From Octopus sinensis (taxonomy: Eukaryota), in NCBI RefSeq assembly GCF_006345805.1, contig NC_043013.1:51274001-51338000 (forward strand): DNA of 64,000 nucleotides, read 5' to 3'. A model generated the notes under the pieces. That model had not been told where the DNA came from. It did not search any database and was given only the letters and a program-made list of their open reading frames with translations. Position numbers and translations under genes: made by a program. Of this stretch, positions 1 to 14,180 are shown piece after piece (the first letter of the stretch is position 1; each line of letters opens with the position of its first letter).

Positions 1-625
1 GGTCGTCATTCAGTTCCATATTAATCTTGAATCGGCAGTTGTATGAGAAAAAAAAGATGTTCAAGCCGTGACCATCATGCAGATTCTTTACAAAGGCGTG
101 TACGAGTGTAACTACAACTATTCTATCTAAAATACCATTCCTTTACAAAAGGAGTGGATTGAAGATTCTGTTGCTATTTCCACTTCGTTTAGCAACAACA
201 TAGCTCTTATCTTCTTCGACTGGACAAGTAGCTCGATCTCCATCGATATCAGAAAGGTTATCACTTTTAATGGTCAGTCGCATACAATTGAAAATTGATC
301 GCCATGTCTTGTCGAAATGCATGAAATCGGTGTGGTATAAAGTCGCCCATTTTGGGCATTATAGAATGCAATGTATCGGACAAGTTATTTTATGTTACCG
401 TTGTAAATACATATTTATTTTAGGCGTTTAAATAAATACAAAGTATGCCATAAATTGTAAGATATCGCAATCTCCATCTAAAGCATCGCGTGAAAAATAA
501 ATAACATTAAACTGGCTGCGTATTTAGTGTTTGGGAATTGGGTAATTTAAGATACAAAGTGTTGGTTTAATAGGTTTATTTTTAAATATGAAATACTTAA
601 ATCAATAAGATCTGTACTTATATAC

Positions 626-740
626 GTAGATATGGTTTTTCACTTACCAATATGTGGTAGATATGGTTTCCACTTACCAATATATGTAGATATGGCTTTT
701 AGTTGTCAATGTGTGTAGATACGGTTTTTAGTTGCCAATA
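626..740. repeat. ~30-bp minisatellite, ~4 diverging copies
   Basis: gtagatatggttt(t/c)cacttaccaatat recurs at 626, 657, 686, 715. Confidence 0.8.
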
Positions 741-977
741 AAAGAGTGGCAGAACGTAAAATTTTTTAACAAATCTGCAAACTTGAGTGTATTAGACTTA
801 CAACTACATAATATGTGACAAGTAATTGATATCATTTCTACAGCCGTTAAACAGTGGACAAATTGTAAGGTGACATTTGACCTGAGCTCAGTGTCTGGGA
901 ACTGTGTAGGTCCTTGAAGACTTTTGCGACATATACATTTTATTGTGTCGTCAAATTTCTCGCCAAATGCTATGACG

Positions 978-982
978 CATAT

Positions 983-1013
<31 letters not shown>

Positions 1014-1072
1014 CGTGTGTGTGCGTACATGTGCTTGTAGGTTTGTGTGTGTGCTTATGTGTATGTGCGTGC

Positions 1073-1112
<40 letters not shown>

Positions 1113-1122
1113 CACACATACA
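978..1122. repeat. (TA)n/(TG)n compound microsatellite
   Basis: direct reading. Confidence 0.95.
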
Positions 1123-1940
1123 TACAGAGATGTATTCCATAGCAAATGACCTGATCTGAGGTTGTGTGCTAACACTGTAGATTTAGTTGCATTAATTACT
1201 ATCGAGGGAATTAGGTTGTGAGATTTACAAATGGTCAGAACGATGGTATGCAATCCTAAAAGCCGAAAGAGTAGGGATGGTACGTTTCTCCCCCAACAGC
1301 TCTGCGTTATTTACTGCAAATGTACTTACACATCTTGTACCGTACCATATTGCTGTATAAAGTCTGACCTGTCGGATGACCCCCATGCATTTTTCTGTAA
1401 ATAAGTACGACGCAAATATGTGAATCATTCTTGAAAAAAGAAAAGAGCCTTTGTATTTTAGAGTAACGTTTTACTAGCTTGTGGCGCTGATAGGATTTGT
1501 CCCATGAGCTTAAATAAAGGAAGTGCATGTTTATTTAGAAGCTTCTTTGTTAATGCCTTATTCACTAGCCAGGGTGAAAATATAGCGATTCAACCTAGGC
1601 TTCAGGTTAAAGATTTTTATCAAACAGATTTCCAGTTGATAAAGTCATACTTTCTCGATGCAAATATGGAATATCCCAGTATTCTTGTCTTTGGTAAACA
1701 ACAAATAAGAAAATACAAGTCTACTACAATGCTATGCTTCGAGAAAATCAATAACTTTGTTGCCGTACATACTCTATGGTGACACCGAGAAGAGCCTCTG
1801 TGCAAGTCAAACAGACTAAATGCCACACATTTTTGTATTTTATATTTATCTATCTACCTACCTACCCATCCATCCATCCACCTACCTACCTATCTGATTA
1901 TTCTATCTTTCCATGTAGTGTGTGTGTAAGTGTGTGTTTA

Positions 1941-2330
1941 CAGGTTGCAGTGAATAAACTGTCATCTAAATTACGCAAAAATGAAAAAAAAAAAAAAACA
2001 ATGACATCTCATTTTAACATATATTTACCAAAATTACATAAAAAATATCTTGAAATACTAAGAAGTAAATTTATTCAATAAAAGCGCTATTGGCTTCAGT
2101 CACAACCTCCAGGCGACTGGAATATCCTGCAACTCTTTTGGGCGGTATCCTTGTTTAAGTTAATGAATGCTGCCATAATCCTTGCCTTCAGTTCATCTTT
2201 GGTGTAACAAAGAGTTTTGTTGGTCTCACGCTCAATTGTGCCCCAGACATAATAATCAAGAAGGTTGCAGTCTGGGGAGTTAGGTGGCCAGATGTTAGGA
2301 GTGATGGCGTCACTGAAGATAGCGCTGTAT
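1941..2330 (-). mobile_element. Tc1/mariner-superfamily transposase C-terminal remnant with probable terminal end
   Basis: Minus frame gives WPPNSPDCNLLDYYVWG..ERETNK..KDELKARIMAAF; after a frameshift SRLEVVTEANSAFIE* ends at 2071; TA|CAGG end-like motif at 1939-1944. Confidence 0.8.
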
Positions 2331-2689
2331 TTAAAATCGATGCAATGATTGCATTGTTCAATTAAATGACACCGCTTGAAACGGCCGTACTGCATTACTA
2401 CTTGAAATACTGTTACTTATTTTTATATATATATAAATAAAAGAAAACTCGCTACCCGCACGACACACACTGATACCAACACACACATGTATGTATATGT
2501 AGTCAGATATTCCAGCATACTCATAGTCAACATTTGTTCGTGTCCTTTAAGAATTAAGTCCAAATTTCGACATATTTTTTTTTATCGGAAATACAACGCC
2601 GTTTATTTAGACATACGTCTATGTTACCAAAAACAGACAGCTCCACAAAATATGCACACCGACAGACTGACACACGCATTTATACATAT

Positions 2690-2810
2690 GTACTCATGTA
2701 TGCATGCTTGTATGTGTGTGTATATATTATACATATGTATATATATATATATACATTTACATATATGTGTATACATACACATGAATATAAATATGTATGT
2801 ATACACACAT

Positions 2811-2892
<82 letters not shown>

Positions 2893-2897
2893 ATACA
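2690..2897. repeat. (TA)n/(CA)n microsatellite
   Basis: direct reading. Confidence 0.95.
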
Positions 2898-3003
2898 TGA
2901 AGTCTGCAAGATAAAATTTTAAAATGGTTGCCATATTTAAAAACGAAACAAAATAGACCGACATTAAAATAAATACTTGTGTATGACCCATCCTTTTTCA
3001 TCG

Positions 3004-3044
3004 ATGTCATATGTTTCGGTCACTTACGGTCAGACCCCATCAGA
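3004..3044 (-). ncRNA. Degenerate hammerhead-like motif
   Basis: Minus: CTGATGG-GGTC-11 nt-GACC-GAAAC-ATATG; A9 is G and stem I is not recoverable. Confidence 0.25.
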
Positions 3045-4149
3045 GATATCAGTCCAACCCTTATCCTCTTCAAATGATAAAAACCCTTCCGATTTACCCC
3101 AGAAATTTTATTGAAATCTAACCTCGGTATAGCATTATCTGCGGTTGCACCTTTCTGTAAACATTCACAGACTGTCGACAACCCCTCGAAATTATTTACA
3201 ATGAGAGGCCCTATTATGCTACTCCTTGCTCATCACAGAATAGGTCCTGTACTAATCCTCTTTCTATTTAGCTTTCAGAGATTGTAAAACGTATTCACCG
3301 AAATATACATAAATTTATAGTTTTTAAGGACTGGGAAATCCTCTGCGATATACGCCGATGCGCTTTGCAATCCAAAGGTAACGTTATACCATTATATAAA
3401 GCGTTGTATATTAAAATATTTATCATCGAATTTCTGGGTGCTTAGTGTTCTTGAAGGAGAGTGTGATAAAAGATAGCAGTCTCTGTTTCTCTGTACAATT
3501 TGTGTAGTGTGGATATGTGGGTTGTACGCATTCTCGTTTAGTTGTCCGGACTGATACATTTTGCAGGTAGGGTGCGCATCGCGCAGGGTTTGAGGACACA
3601 GAGTATCTCATGTCTTAGAGAGAAACAAACTTTCAAGTACTCAGTGCATTTGTTTGGAAATCAGGAAACTGGATTGTAAGCAATACACTGAAAAGCCCAT
3701 CGTAGCAGACCACCATCCTCTGTTTATATCAACGATGGAATTGTAGAAACATAAACATTACACTAAATATCTTTAGTTTTGTAATATTTTAAACTTTGGG
3801 ACGGTCATACTGCAACTAAAAAGTACTGGGTGTAGATCACCTCAGGTTACCTGAATTATCAAAATAACAATAACTAAAGCTGAAGTGAACAACTGACAGT
3901 GCGTGTGTTAATTCTCATTAGGGACTTCCTAATCTATCAGAAAATAGGTGAAATGTACAGTCTCCAATCAAAATCTTGGAAAACAAACAAAAAAAAATCG
4001 AAGCATGTTATTATAAGCTTACGAAACAGGAGTGACTGATTGGCGTGATCGATTGAACAACGAAGAAACCATTTGTGATATTTTGCTAATGATATCTGAT
4101 ATCTATTGATATTAATGTGCCACGGTCGTTATAATTAAAAGCCTCGTTC

Positions 4150-4610
4150 TATAACTTGTTACTTTCTATGTTTGGACATCGCTGTTCACCTTGAATCACC
4201 TTGACCGACCAGTCTGCCGGGCGTCCATTTGACACCGCTGGTCACAGCACGCTGTCCACTCCTCTCTGGATCGCGCCTTTCTCATCCACGTGATCCCAAT
4301 CGTCCTCTTGAAATCGTAACTCCACCGTCGCGGAGGCCTTCCGGGTCGTCGTTTTCGCTCGCGCGGGTACCACTCGACAACTGTTTTAGCTTTCGAATGA
4401 GGTCACTCCGCTGGTTAGGCGAGCAGGTCAACATTTTCCCTGATCGGAAGGCTACTCCGTTGCAGGGTTAGCCGTTTACATCTGAGCCGAGTGGGGCAAC
4501 GTGAAATGATGTGTTTCGCTCAAGAACATAACGCGTTGCTCTGTCCAAGAATCAAGCCCACGATCTAGCAATCGTGGGTGCAACACCCTAACCACCAGGA
4601 CATGCCCTTT
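4150..4610 (-). mobile_element. tRNA-derived SINE, family C head/CORE-like body with a third (GC-rich) tail type
   Basis: Minus: tggtggttagg A-box, B-box-like gcttgattc, then gttcttgagcgaaacacatcatttcacgttg and aaccctgcaacggagtagc. Confidence 0.65.
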
Positions 4611-4769
4611 CACACTATGGAGAATACATTGCTGTTATTTGTACCAAATCAGATGACATAGCAAAAGGGTGTTTACATAGTATCTGACGAGAAAAAGGAA
4701 TGATATAATCATTATACGTAGCTTAAAAATACATCGGTAATACAATCACCCTGGTACTATATTACCAAC

Positions 4770-4975
4770 AAGGTCGCAAGCTGGCAGAGACGTTAGCATA
4801 CCGGGCGAAATGCTTAGCGGTATTTCGTCTGCCGCTACGTTCCGAGTTCAAATTTCGCCGAGGTCGACTTCACTTTTCATTCTTTCAGGGTCAATAAATT
4901 AAGTACCAGTGAAATGTAATCGACTTGTCCCCTCCCCACAAAGTTTCAAGGTCTTGTGCCTTCAGTAGAGGGGAT
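4770..4975 (+). mobile_element. SINE family B monomer
   Basis: gctggcagagacgttagca...gagttcaaatttcgccgaggtcgact...taagtaccagt, matching many other copies in the window. Confidence 0.9.
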
Positions 4976-5089
4976 TATATGGCCTCTATCTAAAACGAAT
5001 CAAGCATTACACATATTTAAGATCATCTGACCACCAAGAACCCCTTCCCAGCTGTTTCTCTCCCGCCTACAGGTAGCACATGCTCATTC

Positions 5090-5198
5090 AGATTTAATGC
5101 CACTGTGTGCTATCTTGGACAAGTCTCTTCCGCTATAGCCCAGACAGACCAATGCTTACTGATTGAATTTCGTAGACAGAAACTGTGTGGAAGCCCGG

Positions 5199-5233
<35 letters not shown>

Positions 5234-5445
5234 GTATTCATGTGTGTGTGTGCTAGTGCTTTCTCTCCACACCGCTTGATAACCGACATTGGTTTATTTA
5301 CGTCGTCGAAACTTACTGAAACTGCAAAAGGAACCGATAGAAAATCTAACAAATACTAAAGTCGATTTATTCGACCAATTCCTTTAAATCCATGCCCTAG
5401 CATGACCAGAGTACAACAACTGAAATAAGTAAAGATAAGAGATAA
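5090..5445 (+). mobile_element. SINE family A, degenerate
   Basis: cttggacaagtctcttc..atagccc, internal microsatellite, tail cgcttgataaccgacattgg. Confidence 0.75.
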
Positions 5446-6404
5446 AAAAAGCATATACATACATATATATATATATACATGTATATATATGTATATACAG
5501 ACACACACGTAATCAAATTACTAGACGAGTCAGCATTTCAATATTTTCGTTGAATAGTTGATGTCAGTTGTTTCACTGGTTGAAAATCAATTTTTTATTT
5601 ACATTATCCTGAATCTGTCAACTCTGCGATAAAAAAAAGATGAACATGAGAAGCTAGAGCGAGAGAAATCGTTTTCCTATTAGTGCAGATCTCACCATCT
5701 TCGCTGACATAAGACGCAAATAATACGTAGAATTATATAAACACACGTTTTACTCTATGTTATTATACAATCTACTTATGTAATCTCCTGTATAGACGTG
5801 ATTTAAAGAAGAATAACAAAACAGCTAAATACACAAGAAAGTAACAAATAGATATTAAAAAACAACTGATTCAACTTGTGTCTGAAACAAACCAATAAAT
5901 AAGTATAAAAGTATATATATATGTGAAATAAAAAAAAATGGAAGTCCGTGATATTATCATTGTTAAATTTACGGCTATCTCTGTTTCTCATAATGTAAAC
6001 ATCATCTTCAATGTATTTGTTGACAAGTAAGCAGCCCAATTTATAGACTGAAATATGAAGCCGATCGCTGTGCCGCTGTGATTACGGGAGAAAAAGTGAA
6101 GTTACGCATCTTGTACAATGCTAAGATTCAAGTCGAAGATCCATTAGAGAAAACTGATACAAAATTAACAATGGCTGCCAAAGATACGCGATATCAGACC
6201 GATTAAACGTTATAAAAGTGATATTTCTCTATTATGCCCCACAAGAATGGAAGCATTTTTCGTAACCGTTTCTCATTTTCTTTTCTGATCTTATAGATTC
6301 TAGAATATAAACAGTTCTTGAGATTCCACAATGAAACTAGTCTATTAGTATTCTGTAGAAAAAAGAAATTAATGACACCACTTCTACCACTGTTACCAGA
6401 AGTT

Positions 6405-6425
6405 ATATATATATAAATATATATA

Positions 6426-6493
<68 letters not shown>

Positions 6494-6500
6494 GCACATA
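6405..6500. repeat. (TA)n microsatellite
   Basis: direct reading. Confidence 0.95.
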
Positions 6501-6669
6501 TGTCAAATGTTTTGAAGTATTTGTAATATTCTTAAGGGCAAGAGAAATTTTAAGTTAGACTGTATCTCATAACTGGGGCCATGATAGCCTCACTGGGTGG
6601 TTTTACATAAACAATGGGGCCCCACATATTTCAGAAATACAAGGAACAAGGTGAGAGAAGCACAAAATA

Positions 6670-6797
6670 ATAGATAGACAGACAGACTGATAGATATGTA
6701 GATTGATAAAAAACAGACAGCTGATAGATAGATAGATAGATAGATAGAGAGAAAGAGAAGGGGCGAGAGAGAGAGAGAGAGGGAGGGAGAGAGACAG
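6670..6797. repeat. (GATA)n/(GACA)n/(GA)n microsatellite
   Basis: direct reading. Confidence 0.9.
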
Positions 6798-7274
6798 ATT
6801 GTTTGGTGCGACTGTCGCTCAGTTCAGTCTTGTGTTTTAAAAATCAATATTAATCATTAATTATTTATAGTTTCTGTCATCATGCAGATTTGGTGGGGTT
6901 TATGAAACCAGCAGAATATTAAACTAAACGTCTCATGATATTTAGCATCTTCTCTGCACGTCCTCACTCTGTACTCCACTCGCTTCATTCTTGCCTTCAT
7001 CAACCCCACCCACCCTGCTGGACAGAACGAGTGTCATGATTAGCGATAACTTTTCAAATTTTGGCACAGGGCCGGCTGCTTTTGAGGTAAAATGATAAGT
7101 CGACTACATAGACCCCAGAACATGACTGGTAGTTATTTTATCGATTTCCGAAGGCATGAGATGCATAATTGACCTTGGCGAAATTTGAACTCAGAACGTA
7201 GAGACAGAAGATTCTGAGTTCAAATTCACCCGAGATCGATTTTGCTTTTCATCGTTTTGATAAAGTAATTACCA

Positions 7275-7447
7275 GGCGCAGGAATGGCTGTGTGGTAAGT
7301 AGCTTGCTAACCAACCACATGGTTCCAGGTTCAGTCCCACTGCGTGGCATCTTGGGCAAGTGTCTTCTGCTATAGCCCCGGGCCGACCAATGCCTTGTGA
7401 GTGGATTTGGTAGACGGAAACCGAAAGAAGCCTGTCGAATATATGTG

Positions 7448-7500
<53 letters not shown>

Positions 7501-7724
7501 TTGTGTATGTATATATTTGTGTGTCTGTGTTTGTCCTCCTAGCAATGCTTGACAACCGATGCTGGTGTGTTTACGTCCCTGTCACTTAGCGGTTCGGCAA
7601 AAGAGACCGATAGAATAAGTACTGGGCTTACAAAGAATAAGTCCCGGGGTCGATTTGCTCGACTAAAGGCGGTGCTCCAGTATGGCCGCAGTCAAATGAC
7701 TGAAACAAGTAAAAGAGTAAAAGA
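7275..7724 (+). mobile_element. SINE family A (octopus OK/OR-type), full length with internal (TA)(TG) microsatellite
   Basis: ggcgcaggaatggctgtgtggtaag A-box, ggttcagtccc B-box, cttgggcaagt CORE-like start, tail ending gtaaaagagtaaaagag. Confidence 0.92.
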
Positions 7725-8222
7725 GAGAGAGAGTTCAGCACTGGAACCGATGTAAGGGACTAGCACTCCGCTCCCTTAAAATTACTTGCCTTGAGCCAAA
7801 ATTTGAAACGATCATTACTATAGCTTTATGGTTTAACGTCTCGTTTATTTTACTTATTAAAGGAAGACCACATAATAGCGATATTATTAGTACTCATTAT
7901 TATTTAGCAAAATATACGGCGATTGACTGTCTTTTCAGGTTTATGATCCAGCTAAATCAGAAAATTCGAGGATGTATTTATCTAGGAAGTGATTTGATCT
8001 AAAATCACAAGTTCAAACTGAAGCAGTTACATAGTGAAAGAAAAGTTCCAGTTATTCAATAATGCACAAAATGTTAAATTCACACTTTACTTAAATGTCG
8101 AAGATTTTAAAGATTCTGTCACACTACAGCTACCTGGTAACTGACAAATTTATGCTGAAAGAATTGTGCTTGTGATATTTAAGCCGGGGTGAAGGTAACC
8201 TAACATATACATGAGCTGCTAA

Positions 8223-8762
8223 GGCGGCGAGCTGGCAGAATCGTTAGCGCGCCGGACGAAATGCGTAGCCGTACTCCGTCTGCCGCTACGTTCTGCGTTC
8301 AAATTCCGCCGAGGTCGACTTTGCCTTTCATCCGTTCGGGGTCGATAAATTAAATACCAGTTACGAACTGGAGTCGATATAATCGACATAACCGTTTGTC
8401 TATCCTTGTTTGTCCTCCATGTATTTAGCCCCTTGTGGGTAGCAAAGAAATAGGTATTCCATCTGGCGCTACGTTCTGAGTTCAAATTCCGCCGAGGTCG
8501 ACTTCGCCTTTCATCCTTTCGGAGTCAATAAATTAAGTACCAGTTACGCACTGGGGTCGATATAATCGACTTAATCCGTTTGTCTGTCCTTGTTTGTCCC
8601 CTCTGTGTTTAGCCCCTTGTGGGTAGTAAAGAAATAGGTATTTCGTCTGTCCTTACGGTATGAGTTCGAATTCAGCCCAGGTCGATTTTTGCCTTTCATT
8701 CTTCCGAAGTCAGTAAAATAAATACCAGTCAATTTGCTGGTCCTGTGCCAAATTTTGAAATT
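8223..8762 (+). mobile_element. SINE family B concatemer: one head plus ~3 tandem ~183-bp modules
   Basis: Module starts at ~8272, 8455, 8638. Confidence 0.88.
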
Positions 8763-10069
8763 AATGTATGAGGAGTTTTTCAAAGGATTTAGCTTCACAA
8801 TGATCCCAACTAAGAATAAATTAAAAAAATTCATATCATCATGTATTTTGGGGCAAAATGCTTCCGCTTTGTAAAGAAATTGCATTCGACTTGATTCTCC
8901 CCTTCAACATTCTTCAATTGTTAATGTTTCTACTACACTATAGCAACCTGGTAAGTGTCTTAATTCCAATGATTTGTAATTATGACATCTACCAAGTCAA
9001 TATAATGTAGTAGTGAGTCAGTTAGCAGGACGCAGATGTGCGACGAAAATGTCACCGCGTGTAATAAATGGAAAGTGAATTTAAGAGCTCTTGAGAAGGC
9101 CCAAATCGCTTTCTTCTGAGGATATTGGTAACATCATATTTATTATCCTCGCTACTGAAACCTCTTTAAACACCAATGTCTGAGCAAAATTCACAGAACG
9201 GCAAATCATTATGTGGGCAATTAAACCATTATATTTCTATTAGAAATAAATTTAATTGTGGATTCACTGTTTATAAGTGATAACTTTTGGGGTAATTGAA
9301 TACATGAGAAGACGTTCCATTGTTATCGCAGTAAGAGTACACGACCGTGTAGAAAGTGTCACTACTGATTAACAAAGAATTAATATTGTTTCATATGTTA
9401 CGATGAAAGATTTTAGCTTTACTATTCTTATTTCTTGTAAAATAATAATTCTCAAATAAAATGCATACCTTTAAGAATAACAAGAACACTGACCGTAAAC
9501 GAGAGAGAGAGAGAGAGAGGGAGCTGGGAAGAAAACGAAAATTTCGTGTGAAGCAGAAATAATAATAATAATAATAATGATGATGATGATGATACTGCTG
9601 ATTATGATGATGATAATAAACAATATAGAATACAATGGACAATTAAAGACAAACGGTTTTGAGAGGCAGCATGGTGAGAGAACTGAGACAAATGGAGAAT
9701 GTTGAAATGTCAAATTGAATCAACGATGAGTCTTGGTTATTTTTTTCAGTCACGTATTGTAAAAATACTTTATTCTTTAATCCTGGTGATCTTTTATCAA
9801 GACATATTTTTCTTTGTTTGTCTGTTTATTTTGTTGTGGAGTTTACATCACGATAATTTAGTTTAATTTAATGTAATTCTTGTACTTGTTATTTCCTTAT
9901 TGAAATGGTAAACCATCGAAAAGTGAAGCTGCAACACTCCTCACGAGCGACACGTTGAGTCACTCAATCAACACAATTACCCAAACAAATTACTTACTTC
10001 TTCCAAGCAGTCTCGTAGAACCTGGAGATGGTCACGAAAGCTACTCTTCTGGCCATGACTGGTCTCAGA

Positions 10070-10455
10070 TTTTGGCACCAGGCCAGAAATTTCGGGGAAG
10101 GGGTTTAATAGATTACTTCGGCCCACTGTCCATCTGGTGCTTATATTATGGACCCCGAAATGATGTAAAGCAAAGTCGACCTCTTTGAACTCAGAACGTA
10201 AAGACGGACGAAATGCCGATAATCATATTTTATTTATTGCCCACAGGGGCTAAACACAGAGGGGACAAACAAGGATAGACAAGGAGATTAAGTCGATTAT
10301 ATCGACCCTAGTGCGTAACTGGCACTTTTTTAATCGACCCCGAAAGGATGAAAGGCAAAGTCGACCTCGGCGGAATTTGAACTCAGAACGTAGCGGCAGA
10401 CGAAATACCGCTAAGCATTTCGCCCGCGTTCTAACGATTCTGCCAGCTCGCCGCT

Positions 10456-10505
<50 letters not shown>

Positions 10506-10720
10506 TCAAGCTTCTGTGTGCACAAGACAAGAAATTGTGGGGAGGGAGCTAGTTGATTACATTGACCCCAGTACGCAACTGGTACTTACTCTATCGACGC
10601 CGAAAATATGAAAGGCAAAGTCGACCTCAACAGAATTTGAACTCAGAACATAAAGACGGACGAAATGCCGCTAAGTATTTTGCCCCGCTTGCTAACAATT
10701 CCGCCAGCTCGTCGCCATAA
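10070..10720 (-). mobile_element. Cluster of family B SINE copies/modules with (AAT)n at 10457-10503
   Basis: Three copies of gcaaagtcgacctc..gaatttgaactcagaac (one abbreviated). Confidence 0.85.
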
Positions 10721-11044
10721 TAATAATAAATGATAATAATAATAATAATAAAGTAGGAAGTTTAATTCTTGTAATTGAGTGTTTCCTTTTTGAAACTATG
10801 AGTTCACCAGAAATAGAATGTGCGACATTTCTCAAGAGAAATATGTAAGATTCAGTTGATGAACGCAATTAAGCAACGTAATTCTTCGCTTCCGTCAACC
10901 AGGCGTGAAGAACCTGGAGATGCTCATCAACGTCGCTCTTTCGTCTCTGACCAAAATATATAATTTCACAATTCCTTGTTGGTTCTAAAATGGCAGCAGG
11001 TACTGTAGAATCCGAAAACCTTAAGACAACTCGTCCAACCCATA

Positions 11045-11233
11045 GGCGCAGGAGTGGCTGTGTGGTAAGTAGCTTGCTTTCTAACCACATGGTTCCGGGT
11101 TCAGTCCCGCTGCGTGGCACCTTGGGCAAGTGTCTTCTACTATAGCCTCGCACCGACCAAAGCCTTGTGAGTGGATTTAGTAGACGAAAACTGAAAGAAG
11201 CCCGTCGTATGTATATATATATATATAATATAT

Positions 11234-11282
<49 letters not shown>

Positions 11283-12011
11283 AATAAAATAGAACATATG
11301 CATATATATAAACATATATGTACGTACCTACCTCTACATGTACATATACACGCATATATGTGTACAGGACACCAAAAAGACGTCGAACACATAGAGAGAC
11401 GAAACACATAGACACAAACCAAGGAACAAGACAAGCAAAAAAAGAGAGAGATACAGGACAATAAGCACAACGAAAAATCCCCTTCTTCAGTCGCTAAGGT
11501 TTCATCTACTAAACGTTTCGAAGGATAAAAGCGAGACGTATACTTCGAAGAAAACTTCCTTCCCGCGAAAAGTAAATCAATTAAAATTCTGAGATCTTTT
11601 CGCAGAGGGGTAAAAAAAGCAAGACGGTAACGACAGTACAAACATATAACAGTAAAAAATATATATATAAACAGTGGAAAAATAAATATATAACAGTGAG
11701 AGACAGGACAAGGAGAACAAGATAAGAAGGGCTGTTAACGCCAGACGAAAAAAGTATTGCAAACGCTGGATTATCGTGGACGACGAGAGAGAGAAAATGT
11801 GTCGACCAGTAGCCTTAGAAGGCGGGCGAGAAAAGACAGGATAGCAGTTACGACGGAAGGATCGTCGCAGATGGACGACGGGAATGGGGGAGGAGGAGCA
11901 AGAGGAAGAGAGAGAAGAAGGGGAATGGTGCGAGGAGACCATGAAGAATGGTGAAAGGGAGAGAGAGAATGAAGAATGAGAGAGAGAGAGGAAGAGACAA
12001 GTTAAGTGAGG

Positions 12012-12069
<58 letters not shown>

Positions 12070-12282
12070 ATGGGTGTGTACGTTTGTATCTGTGTTTGTC
12101 CCCCAACATCGCTTGACAACGGATGCTGGTGTGTTTACGCCCCCGTAACTTAGCGGTTCGGCAAAATAGACCGATAGAATAAGTACTAGGCTTACAAACA
12201 ATAAGTTCTGGAGTCGATTTGCTCGACTAAAGGCGGTGCTCCAGCATGGCCACAGTCAAATTACTGAAACAAGTAAAAGAGT
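11045..12282 (+). mobile_element. SINE family A interrupted within its internal (TA)n by a ~660-bp insert
   Basis: Head 11045-11207, tail ~12080-12282, insert ~11345-12010 flanked by (TA)n. Confidence 0.88.
11345..12010. mobile_element. Purine-rich insert of unknown class containing a degenerate hammerhead-like motif
   Basis: Bounded by (TA)n; minus strand 11509-11555 reads CTTCGAAG...CTTC-GAAAC-GTT. Confidence 0.45.
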
Positions 12283-12431
12283 ATCCTTATATCAGTTTAA
12301 TCTCTTCTCCCAGCACCCTCACCAAATCTCATAATGTAGAGTATCTCAGCGTTGTCAAATTCTATCCACACAAAATTGTTGCTGTCTAAATGTGCGAATG
12401 TTTGACTCGTTAATTCATGTTAATTAACATT

Positions 12432-12771
12432 TCAGGCATTAGACTGCGGCCATGAATCTTGTAGACGAATGAATCGATCGCAGTACGTTTTTATAGCCTG
12501 GTACTTATTCTATTGTTATGGGGTCATAAACACACCAGCACCGGTTGTCAAGCGATGGTGGAGGAAAAACACTCACACACACACGCGCGCGCGCGCGCGT
12601 GCGCTATATCACGGGCTTCTTTCAGTCCCTGTTTTTCAAATCCGCTAACAAGGCTGTGATTGGCCCGAGGCCATAGTAGAAGACACTTGCTCAAGTTGCT
12701 ACTCATTGAGACCGAACGCGGAACCATGTGGTTCGGAAGCAAACTTCTTACCACTACGCCACGCCCTGCCT
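12432..12771 (-). mobile_element. SINE family A, diverged
   Basis: Reverse complement of the family A head and tail. Confidence 0.8.
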
Positions 12772-13388
12772 AAACTTATTTGATCTCTCCATTTCGAATT
12801 CGGATAGCCTTTGAGTTTTCGATCTTTTGGAGACTGAGCAGAATAAACTGAAAACACTGGCTGCTGTCTTAGAAAAGCTGTTTTGAATAAAGAAAGCGTC
12901 GCGAGTCACTGATTAAAAGACTAGCCTGAAAAATGTTAGGTTGAAAGTAGCCGTCACAGACGTTTCTAGACTGACGACATCAAAGAACTGACTGGCATAG
13001 AACCTGGGTTAGTGTGATTATATGACAGAGTGCACTAGACTGTTTTGGCAACCCGGCCTCTAGTCAGAGAGAGAGAAAAAGAGAAAGAAACAGAGAGAGC
13101 ATCTGGCATATGGTTAATAATGGACACAGTAAATGCAATAGTCGCATTTATGCATTCGAACATAGATCTACGTCATCAGAGCTGTCAAGAGGTGAAGTAA
13201 CAAGAAAAACAGAAGCAACAGCAACCACAACATCTACGGGGTCAGCTTTTGCATTTTGTGGCTCATTATATAAAGGGCCTATGTCGGTAAATTTATCCAT
13301 GAAACTGATTATGAACCTGCTGACTCTCGCAAGATTTCTTTGTGGAAGCTTGACATTTGCCCGTGCTTGGCTGTCTACTTTCTCCACG

Positions 13389-13862
13389 ATGCCATTGTTT
13401 CTTCAAACAAAAAGCGGCCATCTTGGCCTGGCACAGACATTGTGGACAGAATGCAAAAATCCAGATTCCACAAAGCATCTTGTGTGACCCCTTAAAAGAT
13501 CCACCAACCCACAAATTTTTATTGGAATCTCTTTATAGGCCCGAAGGGAGGAAAAAGCAAAGGTGACCACGGTACGATTTGAACTTGAAAAGCGCAGTGT
13601 ATCGGGAAAAGAATACTGCCATTGTTTCTTCAAACAAAAGGCAGCCATCTTGGCCTGGCACAGCCCAACACAAATGTCGTCGCAGATATTGTGGACAGAA
13701 TGCAAAAATCCAGATTCCACAAAGCATCTTGTGTGACACCTTAAAAGATCCATCAACCCAGGACTTTTTATTGGAATCTCTTTACTGGCCCGAAGGGAGG
13801 GAAAAGCAAAGTTGACCACGGTACGATTTGAACTTGAAGAGCTCAGTGAATCGGGAAAAGAT
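13389..13862. repeat. Direct tandem duplication, 2 units of ~230-245 bp
   Basis: gccattgtttcttcaaacaaaa at 13389 and 13618; each unit ends in an old family-B-like segment. Confidence 0.88.
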
Positions 13863-13943
13863 TGACTGTGTGACATACAATCCAGCGCTTTAACAATGCC
13901 ACCAATTCAAACCATTTTATCTGACATATTGTACCAAATGCAA

Positions 13944-14166
13944 AAGCGGAGAGCTGGCAGAAACGTTAGCACGCCAAGCGAAATGTTTAGCAGTATTTCG
14001 CCTGCTCTGAGTTCAAATTCGGCCAAGGTCGACTTTGCCTTTCATCCTTTCGGGGTCGATTAAATAACTACCAGTTACGCACTGAGGTCGATGTAATCGA
14101 CTTAATCCGTTTGTCTTTCCTTGTTTGTCCTCTCTGTGTTTAGCCCCTTGTGGGTAGTAAAGAAAT
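13944..14166 (+). mobile_element. SINE family B monomer with 20-bp target-site duplication
   Basis: acatattgtaccaaatgcaa at 13924-13943 and 14167-14186. Confidence 0.92.
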
Positions 14167-14180
14167 ACATATTGTACCAA

